DNA from: Kiritimatiellia bacterium
GTDB taxonomy: Bacteria > Verrucomicrobiota > Kiritimatiellia > RFP12 > JAAYLN01
Reading direction: 5' to 3'
Assembly: GCA_017962605.1 (NCBI GenBank)
Contig: JAGCUY010000007.1
Span: forward strand, 752 to 64,751
Length of the DNA: 64,000 nt
Shown here: positions 19,108-27,072 of the stretch, piece after piece
How the letters are laid out: the number at the start of each line of letters is the position of its first letter
Position numbering within the stretch: the stretch's first letter is position 1
Made by a program: the position numbers and the translations under genes
Notes under the pieces: generated by a model
Told to the model about the DNA's origin: nothing
The model's database searches: none
What the model saw: the letters and a program-made list of their open reading frames with translations, nothing else

Positions 19108-20265
19108 ATGAGCAAATTGAAAAACAACGACTTCCCCTTCCATTTTGGCACTGTGGCATCGGGTGACTTCTTCTATGACCGTTCCGATGACGCCGTGAAA
19201 CTGCACGACCTCGTGGCGGGAGGCCAGAACGTCGTTCTTTACGCGCCGCGACGCTACGGGAAATCGTCACTGGCTTTGAAGGTCGCCGAGTCTTGGAAGA
19301 AGGACGGCTTCATCTGCATATACTTCGACTTGATGCGCGTCGAATCCATGGATGAGTTTATCCGGTCATACGCCAACGCCGCCATTGCCGCAGAGGGACG
19401 GACCGAGCATGGCATTAGGGCAATCCTCGCCGCATTGGCGTCGATTCATCCGAAAATCACAATTGGCGACGATGGCAAGCCTGCAATTGAAATCGACTTT
19501 GGCCGGAAAGGACCAACGGCAAAATCGCTTGAGGAAGTCCTGTCTCTGCCTGAAACTCTTTCTTCGTCCAAGCGGCGAATCATAGTCATTTTCGACGAGT
19601 TCCAGGAAGTGGCAACCCTCTCCCGCCGTCTTCCCGCAGAGCGGATTTTCAGGAGTGTAATCCAGCAGCAAAGGAAAACCCGCTATCTTTTCCTGGGCAG
19701 CAAGACGCACCTGATGAGAAGGATGTTCAACGACAGGGCGCGTCCATTCTACAATTCAGCCTCCACCATACTGCTGCCGAAGCCGCCGGAGGAAGAAAGC
19801 GCGGCCTTTCTCAAGGCACGTTTTCTCTCATCTGGGATGGACATTTCCGACGATGTGGTTGCCGGGATAATCCGCGCTTCGGACAACATCCCCTATTACA
19901 TCCAAGCCATAGCGCTCCAGATTTGGCTCCTGGCGAAAAGGCGCGGGGCGGCCAAGCCTGCCGCGGCCGATGTGCCAGCGGCCATGGACGAGCTAGTCGA
20001 AATACACCGAGATGTCTATGAGGCGATTGCCGAGAGATTGAGCGAGACATCGCGCAGGCTTCTTTCCTCTATAGCCCAAGAGCCGACCATCCGTTTCGAT
20101 GCCGACTACAGGGCGCGCCATTCCCTTCCAGGAACGACGACAATAGGCAGCGCGCTTACCAAACTTGTCAATGACGGACTCGTGGAAAGGGACGCGCAAG
20201 GCTGCCACATCGCAGATCCCCTCCATGCGCGATACCTGCGCACTTCAGCAGCAAGGATTCTATAA
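19108..20265 (+). CDS. AAA-superfamily ATPase (Arch_ATPase/DUF234-like ATP-binding protein)
   Basis: The track fuses it in frame to the ADH fragment upstream. It has its own RBS-less ATG at 19108 after an AT-rich promoter-like stretch 'ttgattgtggtatattcatttgcgagaaaATG'. Walker A 'APRRYGKSSL' and Walker B 'IIVIFDEFQ' are present. Confidence 0.55.
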   Translation: MSKLKNNDFPFHFGTVASGDFFYDRSDDAVKLHDLVAGGQNVVLYAPRRYGKSSLALKVAESWKKDGFICIYFDLMRVESMDEFIRSYANAAIAAEGRTEHGIRAILAALASIHPKITIGDDGKPAIEIDFGRKGPTAKSLEEVLSLPETLSSSKRRIIVIFDEFQEVATLSRRLPAERIFRSVIQQQRKTRYLFLGSKTHLMRRMFNDRARPFYNSASTILLPKPPEEESAAFLKARFLSSGMDISDDVVAGIIRASDNIPYYIQAIALQIWLLAKRRGAAKPAAADVPAAMDELVEIHRDVYEAIAERLSETSRRLLSSIAQEPTIRFDADYRARHSLPGTTTIGSALTKLVNDGLVERDAQGCHIADPLHARYLRTSAARIL

Positions 20266-20267
20266 AA

Positions 20268-21020
20268 ATGATTGAAGATTGTTTCAACTTCTCGGCTAAC
20301 GGCAACCCTTGGCGCGGGAGGCGCGTTGCCTTTTTCGGCGATTCGATTACGGATCCCGCCCATATCGGCTGCTCTGAAAACTACTGGGGCGTGCTTGAAC
20401 GCGCAATCGGCATTGTCCCCCTCGTCTATGGCGTAAATGGCCACCAGTGGTGCGGCATCCCCGGCCAAATAGAGGCCTTCTCCGCCGAAAATGCCGAAGG
20501 CCCTGACGCCATCTTCGTTTTTGCCGGAACCAACGACTTCAATTCCAGCATCCCGCTTGGCGAATGGTTCTCGGTCAGCGATGTCGTCGTCAGGCGCAGC
20601 AAGGGCGACACTCCCGTGCGCCGCCGGGATTTCATTTTCGACGACTCCACCCTGCGCGGCCGCATCAACATCGCGATGCGCATGCTTCAGGACCGCTGGC
20701 CCGGCGCCCCGAAATTCCTGCTCACGCCAATTCACCGCGGCTATGCGGAGTTCTCTTCGGACAACGTCCAGCCCGACGAAACCCATTCCAATGAACTGGG
20801 CCTTTTCATCGGCGACTACGTCGATGTCGTTAAGGAGGCCGGCGGCATCTGGTCGGCGACGGTCATAGACCTCTTCTCGGAATCGGGGCTGTTTCCGCTT
20901 CTGCCATCCCACGCCAAGTTCTTCAACCAGACGGGCACCGACCGCCTCCATCCATCTGACGCGGGGCACAGGCGCATCGCCGCCGCGATTCTCCGCCGCC
21001 TGGGCTTCCCCGCTTTGTAA
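20268..21020 (+). CDS. SGNH/GDSL hydrolase family protein
   Basis: 'VAFFGDSITD' (block I), 'FAGTNDF' (block III) and 'DRLHPSDAGH' (block V) are present. Confidence 0.7.
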   Translation: MIEDCFNFSANGNPWRGRRVAFFGDSITDPAHIGCSENYWGVLERAIGIVPLVYGVNGHQWCGIPGQIEAFSAENAEGPDAIFVFAGTNDFNSSIPLGEWFSVSDVVVRRSKGDTPVRRRDFIFDDSTLRGRINIAMRMLQDRWPGAPKFLLTPIHRGYAEFSSDNVQPDETHSNELGLFIGDYVDVVKEAGGIWSATVIDLFSESGLFPLLPSHAKFFNQTGTDRLHPSDAGHRRIAAAILRRLGFPAL

Positions 21021-21095
21021 AGCGCCAGCGCGGCGTCTGCGTTGCAATTTGCGCGGCAATCCTGTAAACTGGATTGCTGTAAAATTTCCACATCC

Positions 21096-22574
21096 ATGCA
21101 GTTTCCGACCGCCATATTCGCCTGCTTTTTCGCCCTTGTCCTTGGGCTGCACTGGACGCTTCCCGAGCGGGGCGTCACGCGCAAGTGGGCCTTGCTCGCG
21201 GCAAGCGTAGCCTTCTACGCCTGGTGGAGTTGGAAGTTCGCGCTCCTCACGCTGGCCTCCGCGGCGCTCAACCATGGCGCGGCCCTTCTGATAGCCTCCG
21301 TGGAGGACGCGAGGAAGCGCCGCGCGCGCCTCGTCGTGGCCGTCGCCGCCAACCTGCTCCTTCTCGCATTCTTCAAGTATTCCGGATTCCTGTTGACCCA
21401 GGTGTTCCACCCGCTTGCCGTCATCTGCTTCCGGCAGTTCGGCGCAATCGAGAACCTGCTTGACTTCGAGGACAGGATACTCCCCTTTGTCGAAAGCATC
21501 ATCCTGCCAATCGGCATATCGTTCTACACCTTCCAGGCAATCGCGTATGTCGCGGACGTTGCCTCTGGCAAGGCGCGTCCGGCAGCGTCGCTGCTCGACT
21601 TCGCGAACTACCTCGCCTTCTTCCCGAAACTCTGCGCCGGCCCAATCGTGCGCCCCTCCGCGCTCCTGCCGCAAATGGAGTCGCTTCCCGCGCGCTCAAC
21701 CGAAGTCGACACCGGCCGCGCCGCAACGCTTGTCCTTGGTGGGCTCTTCAAGAAGGTCGTCGTGGCGAACTGGATCGCACAGCACCTGGCCGACCCCGTC
21801 TTCACCGACCCCGAGTCATTCGGCGCCGCCGACGCCCTCCTCGGCATCTACGGATACACGATCCAGATCTACTGCGACTTCTCCGCCTATTCCGACATCG
21901 CCACGGGCTGCGCGCTCCTCTTGGGCTTCAAGTTCCCCGACAACTTCCGCGCCCCATACGTGGCGAGCTCGCTCCAGGACTTCTGGCGTCGCTGGCACAT
22001 CACTCTCTCGTCCTGGCTACGCGACTACCTCTACATCCCCATGGGCGGGTCGCGCTGCGCCAAGTGGAAGGTCCACCGGAACCTCATAGTCACCATGCTC
22101 CTCGGCGGGCTGTGGCACGGGGCCGGATGGTCATACATACTCTGGGGCGCCATCCATGGCGTCGGCCAGGTTCTCGAACGTCCCTTCAACAAGAAACGCG
22201 CCGCAGACGCGCCGCCAGCTCCTCGCGCGGTCACGCTGCTTCGCGGCATCGTAACATTCCACGTCGTGGCCTTCGCGTGGATATTTTTCCGCGCGGGCGC
22301 AGTGGACGCCGAGGGGCTGACCACGGTCTCGGGCATCCTCTCCGACCTCGGGCACTGGAGCGAACCGGCCACGCTCCTCACGCCAATGGCCATCGCCATG
22401 CTCCTCATCGGCTTCGCCCTGCAGGCGCTCGACGGCGACACGCCGCGCCGCCTCTGGGCCGCCTTCGGGCGCCTGCACCCCGTGGCGCAGGGGCTCGTGG
22501 CCGCCATACTCCTTACCGTCGTCCTCGGACTCGGCCCCGCCGGGGTCGCGCCATTCATCTACTTCCAATTCTAG
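21096..22574 (+). CDS. MBOAT-family membrane O-acyltransferase (AlgI/DltB/PatA-like)
   Basis: 'WRRWHITLSSWLRDYLYIPMGGSR' matches the AlgI/DltB signature with its conserved His. It is multi-TM. ATG at 21096 was confirmed. Confidence 0.8.
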   Translation: MQFPTAIFACFFALVLGLHWTLPERGVTRKWALLAASVAFYAWWSWKFALLTLASAALNHGAALLIASVEDARKRRARLVVAVAANLLLLAFFKYSGFLLTQVFHPLAVICFRQFGAIENLLDFEDRILPFVESIILPIGISFYTFQAIAYVADVASGKARPAASLLDFANYLAFFPKLCAGPIVRPSALLPQMESLPARSTEVDTGRAATLVLGGLFKKVVVANWIAQHLADPVFTDPESFGAADALLGIYGYTIQIYCDFSAYSDIATGCALLLGFKFPDNFRAPYVASSLQDFWRRWHITLSSWLRDYLYIPMGGSRCAKWKVHRNLIVTMLLGGLWHGAGWSYILWGAIHGVGQVLERPFNKKRAADAPPAPRAVTLLRGIVTFHVVAFAWIFFRAGAVDAEGLTTVSGILSDLGHWSEPATLLTPMAIAMLLIGFALQALDGDTPRRLWAAFGRLHPVAQGLVAAILLTVVLGLGPAGVAPFIYFQF

Positions 22575-22580
22575 AAACCC

Positions 22581-22823
22581 ATGCAGCGGACATCTCAAAA
22601 AAGAATTGCCGGAACGCTCCTGGCCGTGGCCGCATTCTACGCGGCGGCGCTCCTCCTGCGTGCGCCGGCGCTTCTTCGAGATGCCGAAAACCTGCCGCAT
22701 GAATCCCCGCGCCGCGCACTGTGCCTCGCCACCATGAAGCCGATCGCGGCATTTTCCCACACCATCCGCCTCGACGCCATTTGCGTCGCGGTGGAAAAAT
22801 TCGAAAGGAAAAACCTGGAATGA
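22581..22823 (+). CDS. Small membrane protein between MBOAT and SGNH partner (hypothetical)
   Basis: 80 aa with one hydrophobic helix. Its position is analogous to small accessory proteins in polysaccharide acetylation operons. It is not an acyl-carrier protein. Confidence 0.3.
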   Translation: MQRTSQKRIAGTLLAVAAFYAAALLLRAPALLRDAENLPHESPRRALCLATMKPIAAFSHTIRLDAICVAVEKFERKNLE

Positions 22824-23572
22824 ACAAGGCAAAATCCAACACCGCCCTCGCCGCCGCGCTGTTCGCGGCATGCTCACTGGCTGGCGCAACGGCCCTTGCC
22901 GCTCCTGCGGAGCAGGCCGAAGAGGTCAAAATCCCGAAGCCCGACACGCCTGTCCTCATGATTGGCGACTCCATGATGCGCATCCTCGGCCGTCAGATGG
23001 AAAAGGCATTCAAGAAGGCCGACGTCCAGCCCGCCGTCGCCTTTTCGTCGCTCGGCTCTGGTCTCGGGCGGCCCGAGGCCTTTGACTGGACGGCGAAGAT
23101 AAAAGAGCTCCTCGAAACGGAAAAGCCGAAGACCGTGTTCGTCTGCCTCGGCACCAACGACCGCCAGGCGCTCGAACTAGAAAACGCCGTCATCAGGTAC
23201 GAGACCGCCGACGTCTGGCGCGAAACCTACGGGAAGCTTATCGGTGGCTTGATGGATCAGCTGCTCGAAGGAGGCGTGACGCGCGTGATATGGATGCTCC
23301 TCCCCGACATGAAGGACTCCGTGGCGCAGGAACACGCGCAGCTCGTGAACGAAATCGTCGGCGAGCAGGCGCAGGTGGAGAGCCGCAAGGACCGCGTAAC
23401 GCTCCTCGACCTCGCGCCGGTCCTCTCCCGCCACCCCGGCAAGTATTCGCAGTATATGATGTCGCCGACGGGCACCTCCCTCTCCGTGCGCGACCCCGAC
23501 GGCGTACACCTCTCCGTTGACGGCGGCAAGCTCATCGCGGAAACCGTCCTGAAGAAATACTGGCGGAAATAA
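22820..23572 (+). CDS. Periplasmic SGNH-fold O-acetyltransferase/esterase partner of MBOAT (AlgJ/AlgX/PatB-like)
   Basis: ATG at 22820 with RBS 'ggaaaggaaaaa'. Signal peptide 'ALAAALFAACSLAGATALA'. 'VLMIGDSMM' (GDS block) and 'VCLGTNDR' are present. Confidence 0.55.
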   Translation: MNKAKSNTALAAALFAACSLAGATALAAPAEQAEEVKIPKPDTPVLMIGDSMMRILGRQMEKAFKKADVQPAVAFSSLGSGLGRPEAFDWTAKIKELLETEKPKTVFVCLGTNDRQALELENAVIRYETADVWRETYGKLIGGLMDQLLEGGVTRVIWMLLPDMKDSVAQEHAQLVNEIVGEQAQVESRKDRVTLLDLAPVLSRHPGKYSQYMMSPTGTSLSVRDPDGVHLSVDGGKLIAETVLKKYWRK

Positions 23573-23612
23573 CTGGACGCCACCCCCGTCCTTTTCTATT
23601 CTATTCCCATCA

Positions 23613-23640
23613 ATCCGGCGCAAGTGCGCCGGATTTACTT
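23613..23640 (+). terminator. Stem-loop terminator candidate after the acetylation operon
   Basis: 'atccggcgc aagt gcgccggat' forms a 9-bp perfect stem, followed by 'ttactt'. Confidence 0.45.
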
Positions 23641-23662
23641 AAGCATTTCAAGCGCAGCGCCA

Positions 23663-23735
23663 AACTTTTCAACTTTTCAACTCCCCAACTTTTCAACTTC
23701 CCAACCTTTCAACTTCTCAACTTCTCAACTTCTTA
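23663..23735. repeat. (TTTTCAAC)n-type intergenic tandem repeat
   Basis: 'caaacttttcaacttttcaactccccaacttttcaacttcccaacctttcaacttctcaacttctcaacttct'. Confidence 0.8.
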
Positions 23736-23887
23736 TACGCGTGAGCGCCAGACATCCTGTGTCTCCGTGCCTATGTGTGAGATTGTCTGCCGTACGGTAG
23801 CACCATGACGAATCCTGTCTGAAAAGAATAGATCATGTCACAAACAGCCCAACAACATCGTAGTTGTGACCACATTTCATCAAATGC

Positions 23888-23917
23888 TTGCCAAAAATAT
23901 CCCAAAAATGGTATAAT
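23888..23917 (+). promoter_or_regulatory. Sigma70-like promoter with extended -10 (TTGCCA-18-TGgTATAAT) driving a leaderless transcript
   Basis: -35 'ttgcca' at 23888, 'tg' at 23909, 'tataat' at 23912..23917, and ATG at 23924. Confidence 0.5.
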
Positions 23918-23923
23918 TGTGCC

Positions 23924-24466
23924 ATGACTTCTTATCAGATTATTTACGATGACGCCATAGGGAATTATGGATTGTTCCCGACTTACAGGGCCAGAGAGCT
24001 GGGCATTTCCGGTGGAACGCTTGTAAAACTCGCACAGCGCGGACGCCTTGAACGGCTGGCGCATGGACTCTATCGCATTGACAAATTCGTTCCGCGCTCA
24101 GACGGGCTTGACGCATACGCATGTGCCGTCGCCTGTTGTGGGAAGGATGCCTATTTGTGGGGGCCATCTGTGCTGGAAATTTATGAGCTATGCCCAACTG
24201 ACCCTTCGCTAAAATATGTCGCCACGCCGCATCGCTTCAGAGGGAAAGTTTCAGAGGGAATTGTCGTCAAGAATCTAATGAAGCCTGAGGAAACAGAAAT
24301 CTATGAGGGGATACGCATTCAGGGGGCGCGACAGGCAATACTTTCCAGTCAGCATATCATAATGCTAGACAGGCTGCTAGAGGCGGTTGATGCTGCAGAG
24401 GAGCGGGGATTGCTTGATTCCACGCAGAAAACGGCCACAATAAGGGAACTTTACAAAAATGACTAA
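23924..24466 (+). CDS. AbiEi-like antitoxin / wHTH transcriptional regulator (type IV TA)
   Basis: N-terminal wHTH 'YRARELGISGGTLVKLAQRGRLERLAHGLYRI'. It is followed by a short nucleotidyltransferase-like fragment and has lower G+C. Confidence 0.45.
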   Translation: MTSYQIIYDDAIGNYGLFPTYRARELGISGGTLVKLAQRGRLERLAHGLYRIDKFVPRSDGLDAYACAVACCGKDAYLWGPSVLEIYELCPTDPSLKYVATPHRFRGKVSEGIVVKNLMKPEETEIYEGIRIQGARQAILSSQHIIMLDRLLEAVDAAEERGLLDSTQKTATIRELYKND

Positions 24467-24750
24467 ACGTCCCAATTCACGCGTCAATCTCGACAAGGCA
24501 ATCGAGCGCAACTTTGGAAGTTATAGGAGTTCAACTGAAATCCGCAGCATAATGGCTGGTGCCATTGTTGGGCAGTTATTGGAGGGTGGATGCAGACTTG
24601 GCCGCCAAAGGTGCTGTCCGGCATTGATTGGGAACCTGTTTATGAGGCCAGTCGTGGAAAGACGGGCATAACGCGAACCCTTGACGAAGCCATTGCGTGG
24701 GCAAATGACCTAATTGCCCGCATTGATGCGGCAAGGTAGGCTCACCGAGC
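24459..24750 (+). pseudogene. Truncated/frameshifted AbiEii-like nucleotidyltransferase toxin remnant
   Basis: A 70-aa ORF 'MTKRPNSRVNLDKAIERNFGSYRSS...' overlaps the AbiEi stop. Translation continues in another frame ('TRTLDEAIAWANDLIARIDAAR*'), so it is far shorter than intact AbiEii. Confidence 0.3.
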
Positions 24751-24780
24751 CGCATTGCGCATCCTGTGAATCCTGTCAAA

Positions 24781-24900
24781 GAACAATAGCCCACGGTGCG
24801 GAAATCTTGTTAGAACACGGTGCGGAAATCTCTTCAAAAGAACGAGCACACCGTGCGAGCCACTAACGACTAACCTCTAACGACTAGCTGCTAACCACAA
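24781..24900 (-). repeat. Left inverted copy (IR-L) of the island-flanking repeat
   Basis: The reverse complement ('gtggttagcagctagtcgttag...gttagtggctcgcacggtgtgc...tttccgcaccgtg...tttccgcaccgtgg') aligns with 39903..40020. Confidence 0.7.
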
Positions 24901-25025
24901 ACCTCTCAACTTTTCAACTTCTCAACTTTTCAACTCCTTGCCTATAACTAACTCCTACACCTACACCTCTTATCTACACCTAACTCCCAACTTCTCAACT
25001 TTTCAACTTTTCAACTTCAAAACAT
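24901..25025. repeat. (TTTTCAAC)n-type tandem repeat block with interspersed CTACAC units
   Basis: 'acctctcaacttttcaacttctcaacttttcaactcc...cccaacttctcaacttttcaacttttcaacttc'. Confidence 0.8.
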
Positions 25026-25119
25026 CCCCTTGACACCTCCCCTGCCCTTTGGTATTCTATTTTCACAATTTCTGATGTGGCGCGGCGGGTGCCACGCTGC
25101 AACCACCAAGGACTAACCA

Positions 25120-25170
25120 CCAAGGACTTTCGACTTTTGACTTTCGACTTTTGACTTGACTTGACAATTT
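25120..25170. repeat. (TTTCGACTT)n short tandem repeat
   Basis: 'ggactttcgacttttgactttcgacttttgacttgacttgac'. Confidence 0.7.
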
Positions 25171-25435
25171 AATTCTGCTTTCTGCATAGCAGTCGTTTAT
25201 CCCGAATCGTCGGAAACTTTTCGTATGGCGACACGATGCAAGACAGCGCGCGACCGCGCGCCTCTTTCTGTGTTTCATACAAGGCCACTTTCCGACGAGC
25301 CCGAGATAAGGACACGGGGAGAGGCCGCAACTTTTTTGTCAGATTTTCGGATTTTTTACGTATATATAGTGAAAAGGGGAATAGCGCAATGTCCTTGACC
25401 AAAGACTACACAACAATAAAGACTGGGGGAACACG

Positions 25436-26110
25436 ATGCACATAGGCCAATTTATAACGAGCCACAAGTTGCTGGTATTTGGCGGCGCGGCCATTGCCGG
25501 TGCTTGCGTGGCCATCGCAACAACGTTTGTTTTGCGGAGGCTGCGCAGAACACGTAAGCCGTCCATGCCGACCTTGCACTCGAAACGGGCAGCGCCAAAG
25601 CCGCTCGAAGCGACGAAAGGACACAAGCCGCCAGTCGCGTTGCCGGCGTCCAACTCGCACGAGCAGCCGGAGCCACAGACTAAACTGCCAGTTACTCCGC
25701 CGTGGCCGACTGCGCCAGCAGTAGGCGGTGGAATTTCGGACAACTGGGCGGAGTTCGTCCGCGACAGACTTGGTGAGCTCGATCCCACTTCATGCGCGGA
25801 CGAAACCAAGTGGGCGCTGGGCGTCGTTGATTTTCTCGATGAACTTAAAGAGGCGGAAGGTGAGGCGTCGCCTGAGGAGCGCAAAGCGTCAGCCACTCTA
25901 CGCACAGCGCTTCTGTCCAGTCTCGATTTCAGAAATTTCAAGCCTGTGGATTCCGATGAATGGAATCCAGAACGGCAACGCGCAGTCGCCGTGGTGCGCA
26001 AACCAGATGCGACGGGGACAAAGATTTTGGGCAAAGGCTCAACGGGACTTTCCCGCAACGGAAAAATCATCCGCAAGCAGGAAGTCAAAATCTCAACAAA
26101 AGGCAACTGA
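25436..26110 (+). CDS. Membrane-anchored hypothetical protein (N-terminal TM, Pro-rich linker, small C-terminal domain)
   Basis: ATG start. TM 'LLVFGGAAIAGACVAIATTFVL'. No recognised domain. It is the first gene of the island. Confidence 0.4.
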   Translation: MHIGQFITSHKLLVFGGAAIAGACVAIATTFVLRRLRRTRKPSMPTLHSKRAAPKPLEATKGHKPPVALPASNSHEQPEPQTKLPVTPPWPTAPAVGGGISDNWAEFVRDRLGELDPTSCADETKWALGVVDFLDELKEAEGEASPEERKASATLRTALLSSLDFRNFKPVDSDEWNPERQRAVAVVRKPDATGTKILGKGSTGLSRNGKIIRKQEVKISTKGN

Positions 26111-26112
26111 AC

Positions 26113-27042
26113 ATGGACTACGATCAATACGACGCGCCCGACATGGCGTTTGGCGCAAACCTCTACGACGACGCATCGCCGGACATCCTCGGCGTCCCCA
26201 ATGCCCAGGCGGACTTTTGGGACATGCAGGAGTTCGCGGACAACTGCGAACCAACTGCCGAAAGCTTCATCATTCGCCAGTTCGGCTATGACAATATCTC
26301 GACAAACGATTTCGCGTACATCTCGAACGCGAACGGATGGTATCAGCCCGGAGGCGGCACTAGCCCCGACGATATCGGCAACATGATGGATATGTTCGGC
26401 ATCGAAAACCACACTTACAGCAATGCCTCCATTGAAAATCTGGCAAGCGAGCTCATGGAAGGACACGGCGTGATTGTAGGCGTTCGCGCAGACCAGCTTT
26501 GGGAGCAGGGGCCGCTGCAGGAACTGTGGAACTGGCTCGCCGACATTTTCGGTTTCGATAATCCAATTGACCAACCGGCCGACCACGCCGTATGCGTGAC
26601 TGGGATAGACATGTCAGACCCTGACAATCCGATGGTCATTCTCAACGACCCTGGACATCCAAACGGGCAGGGCGCGTCCTATCCGCTCGACCGCTTCATG
26701 GACGCCTGGGAGAACAGCAACTTCGTCATGAACGCAACAAACGACCCGCTACCCGCCTTCACGGCGCAAAACGAGGCAATCCGCGACTCCATCTCGCAGT
26801 ATCTTGCCAACAATGACATCGCGCTTCCTTCACCAAATTATACCGTAGCATCTGAGCCAGCAGACATTGACCTGAATGGAATCGCGAATTCCGTCCACGA
26901 GTTTACCACCCCTGTGACTAACATACTGCAAGACATTGCAGGAATCATTGGAGCAATTGCCGGTGTCGTCGTGGCTGGCAATCTTCTTGACAAAGCCCTT
27001 GACGGTTTTTCAGGCGGTGATGACTTTGCCTACTCCCTCTAA
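26113..27042 (+). CDS. Peptidase_C39-like (papain-fold, BtrH/C39_2-type) domain protein with C-terminal glycine-zipper helix
   Basis: ATG at 26113 was confirmed. Cys motif 'NCEPTAESFIIRQFG' and His/Asp region 'DHAVCVTGID...NPMVILNDPGHPNG' are present. The C-terminus is 'IAGIIGAIAGVVVAGNLL'. Confidence 0.45.
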   Translation: MDYDQYDAPDMAFGANLYDDASPDILGVPNAQADFWDMQEFADNCEPTAESFIIRQFGYDNISTNDFAYISNANGWYQPGGGTSPDDIGNMMDMFGIENHTYSNASIENLASELMEGHGVIVGVRADQLWEQGPLQELWNWLADIFGFDNPIDQPADHAVCVTGIDMSDPDNPMVILNDPGHPNGQGASYPLDRFMDAWENSNFVMNATNDPLPAFTAQNEAIRDSISQYLANNDIALPSPNYTVASEPADIDLNGIANSVHEFTTPVTNILQDIAGIIGAIAGVVVAGNLLDKALDGFSGGDDFAYSL

Positions 27043-27072
27043 TCTCAAACCACTCTCATCCCAGTTTTTAAA

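Noticed and set aside
18232-20265. 677-aa ORF in the track, considered as a single dehydrogenase-ATPase fusion protein
   Set aside because: The N-terminal part lacks a start codon and is a truncated ADH paralog. The ATPase has its own ATG and promoter-like AT-rich region at 19108; the continuity is a read-through artefact.
22581-22823. Small ORF between MBOAT and SGNH genes, considered as a DltC-like acyl carrier protein
   Set aside because: It has no phosphopantetheine-attachment Ser in a DSL context ('LDAICVAVEKFE' has Ala), and the hydrophobic N-terminus suggests a membrane peptide instead.
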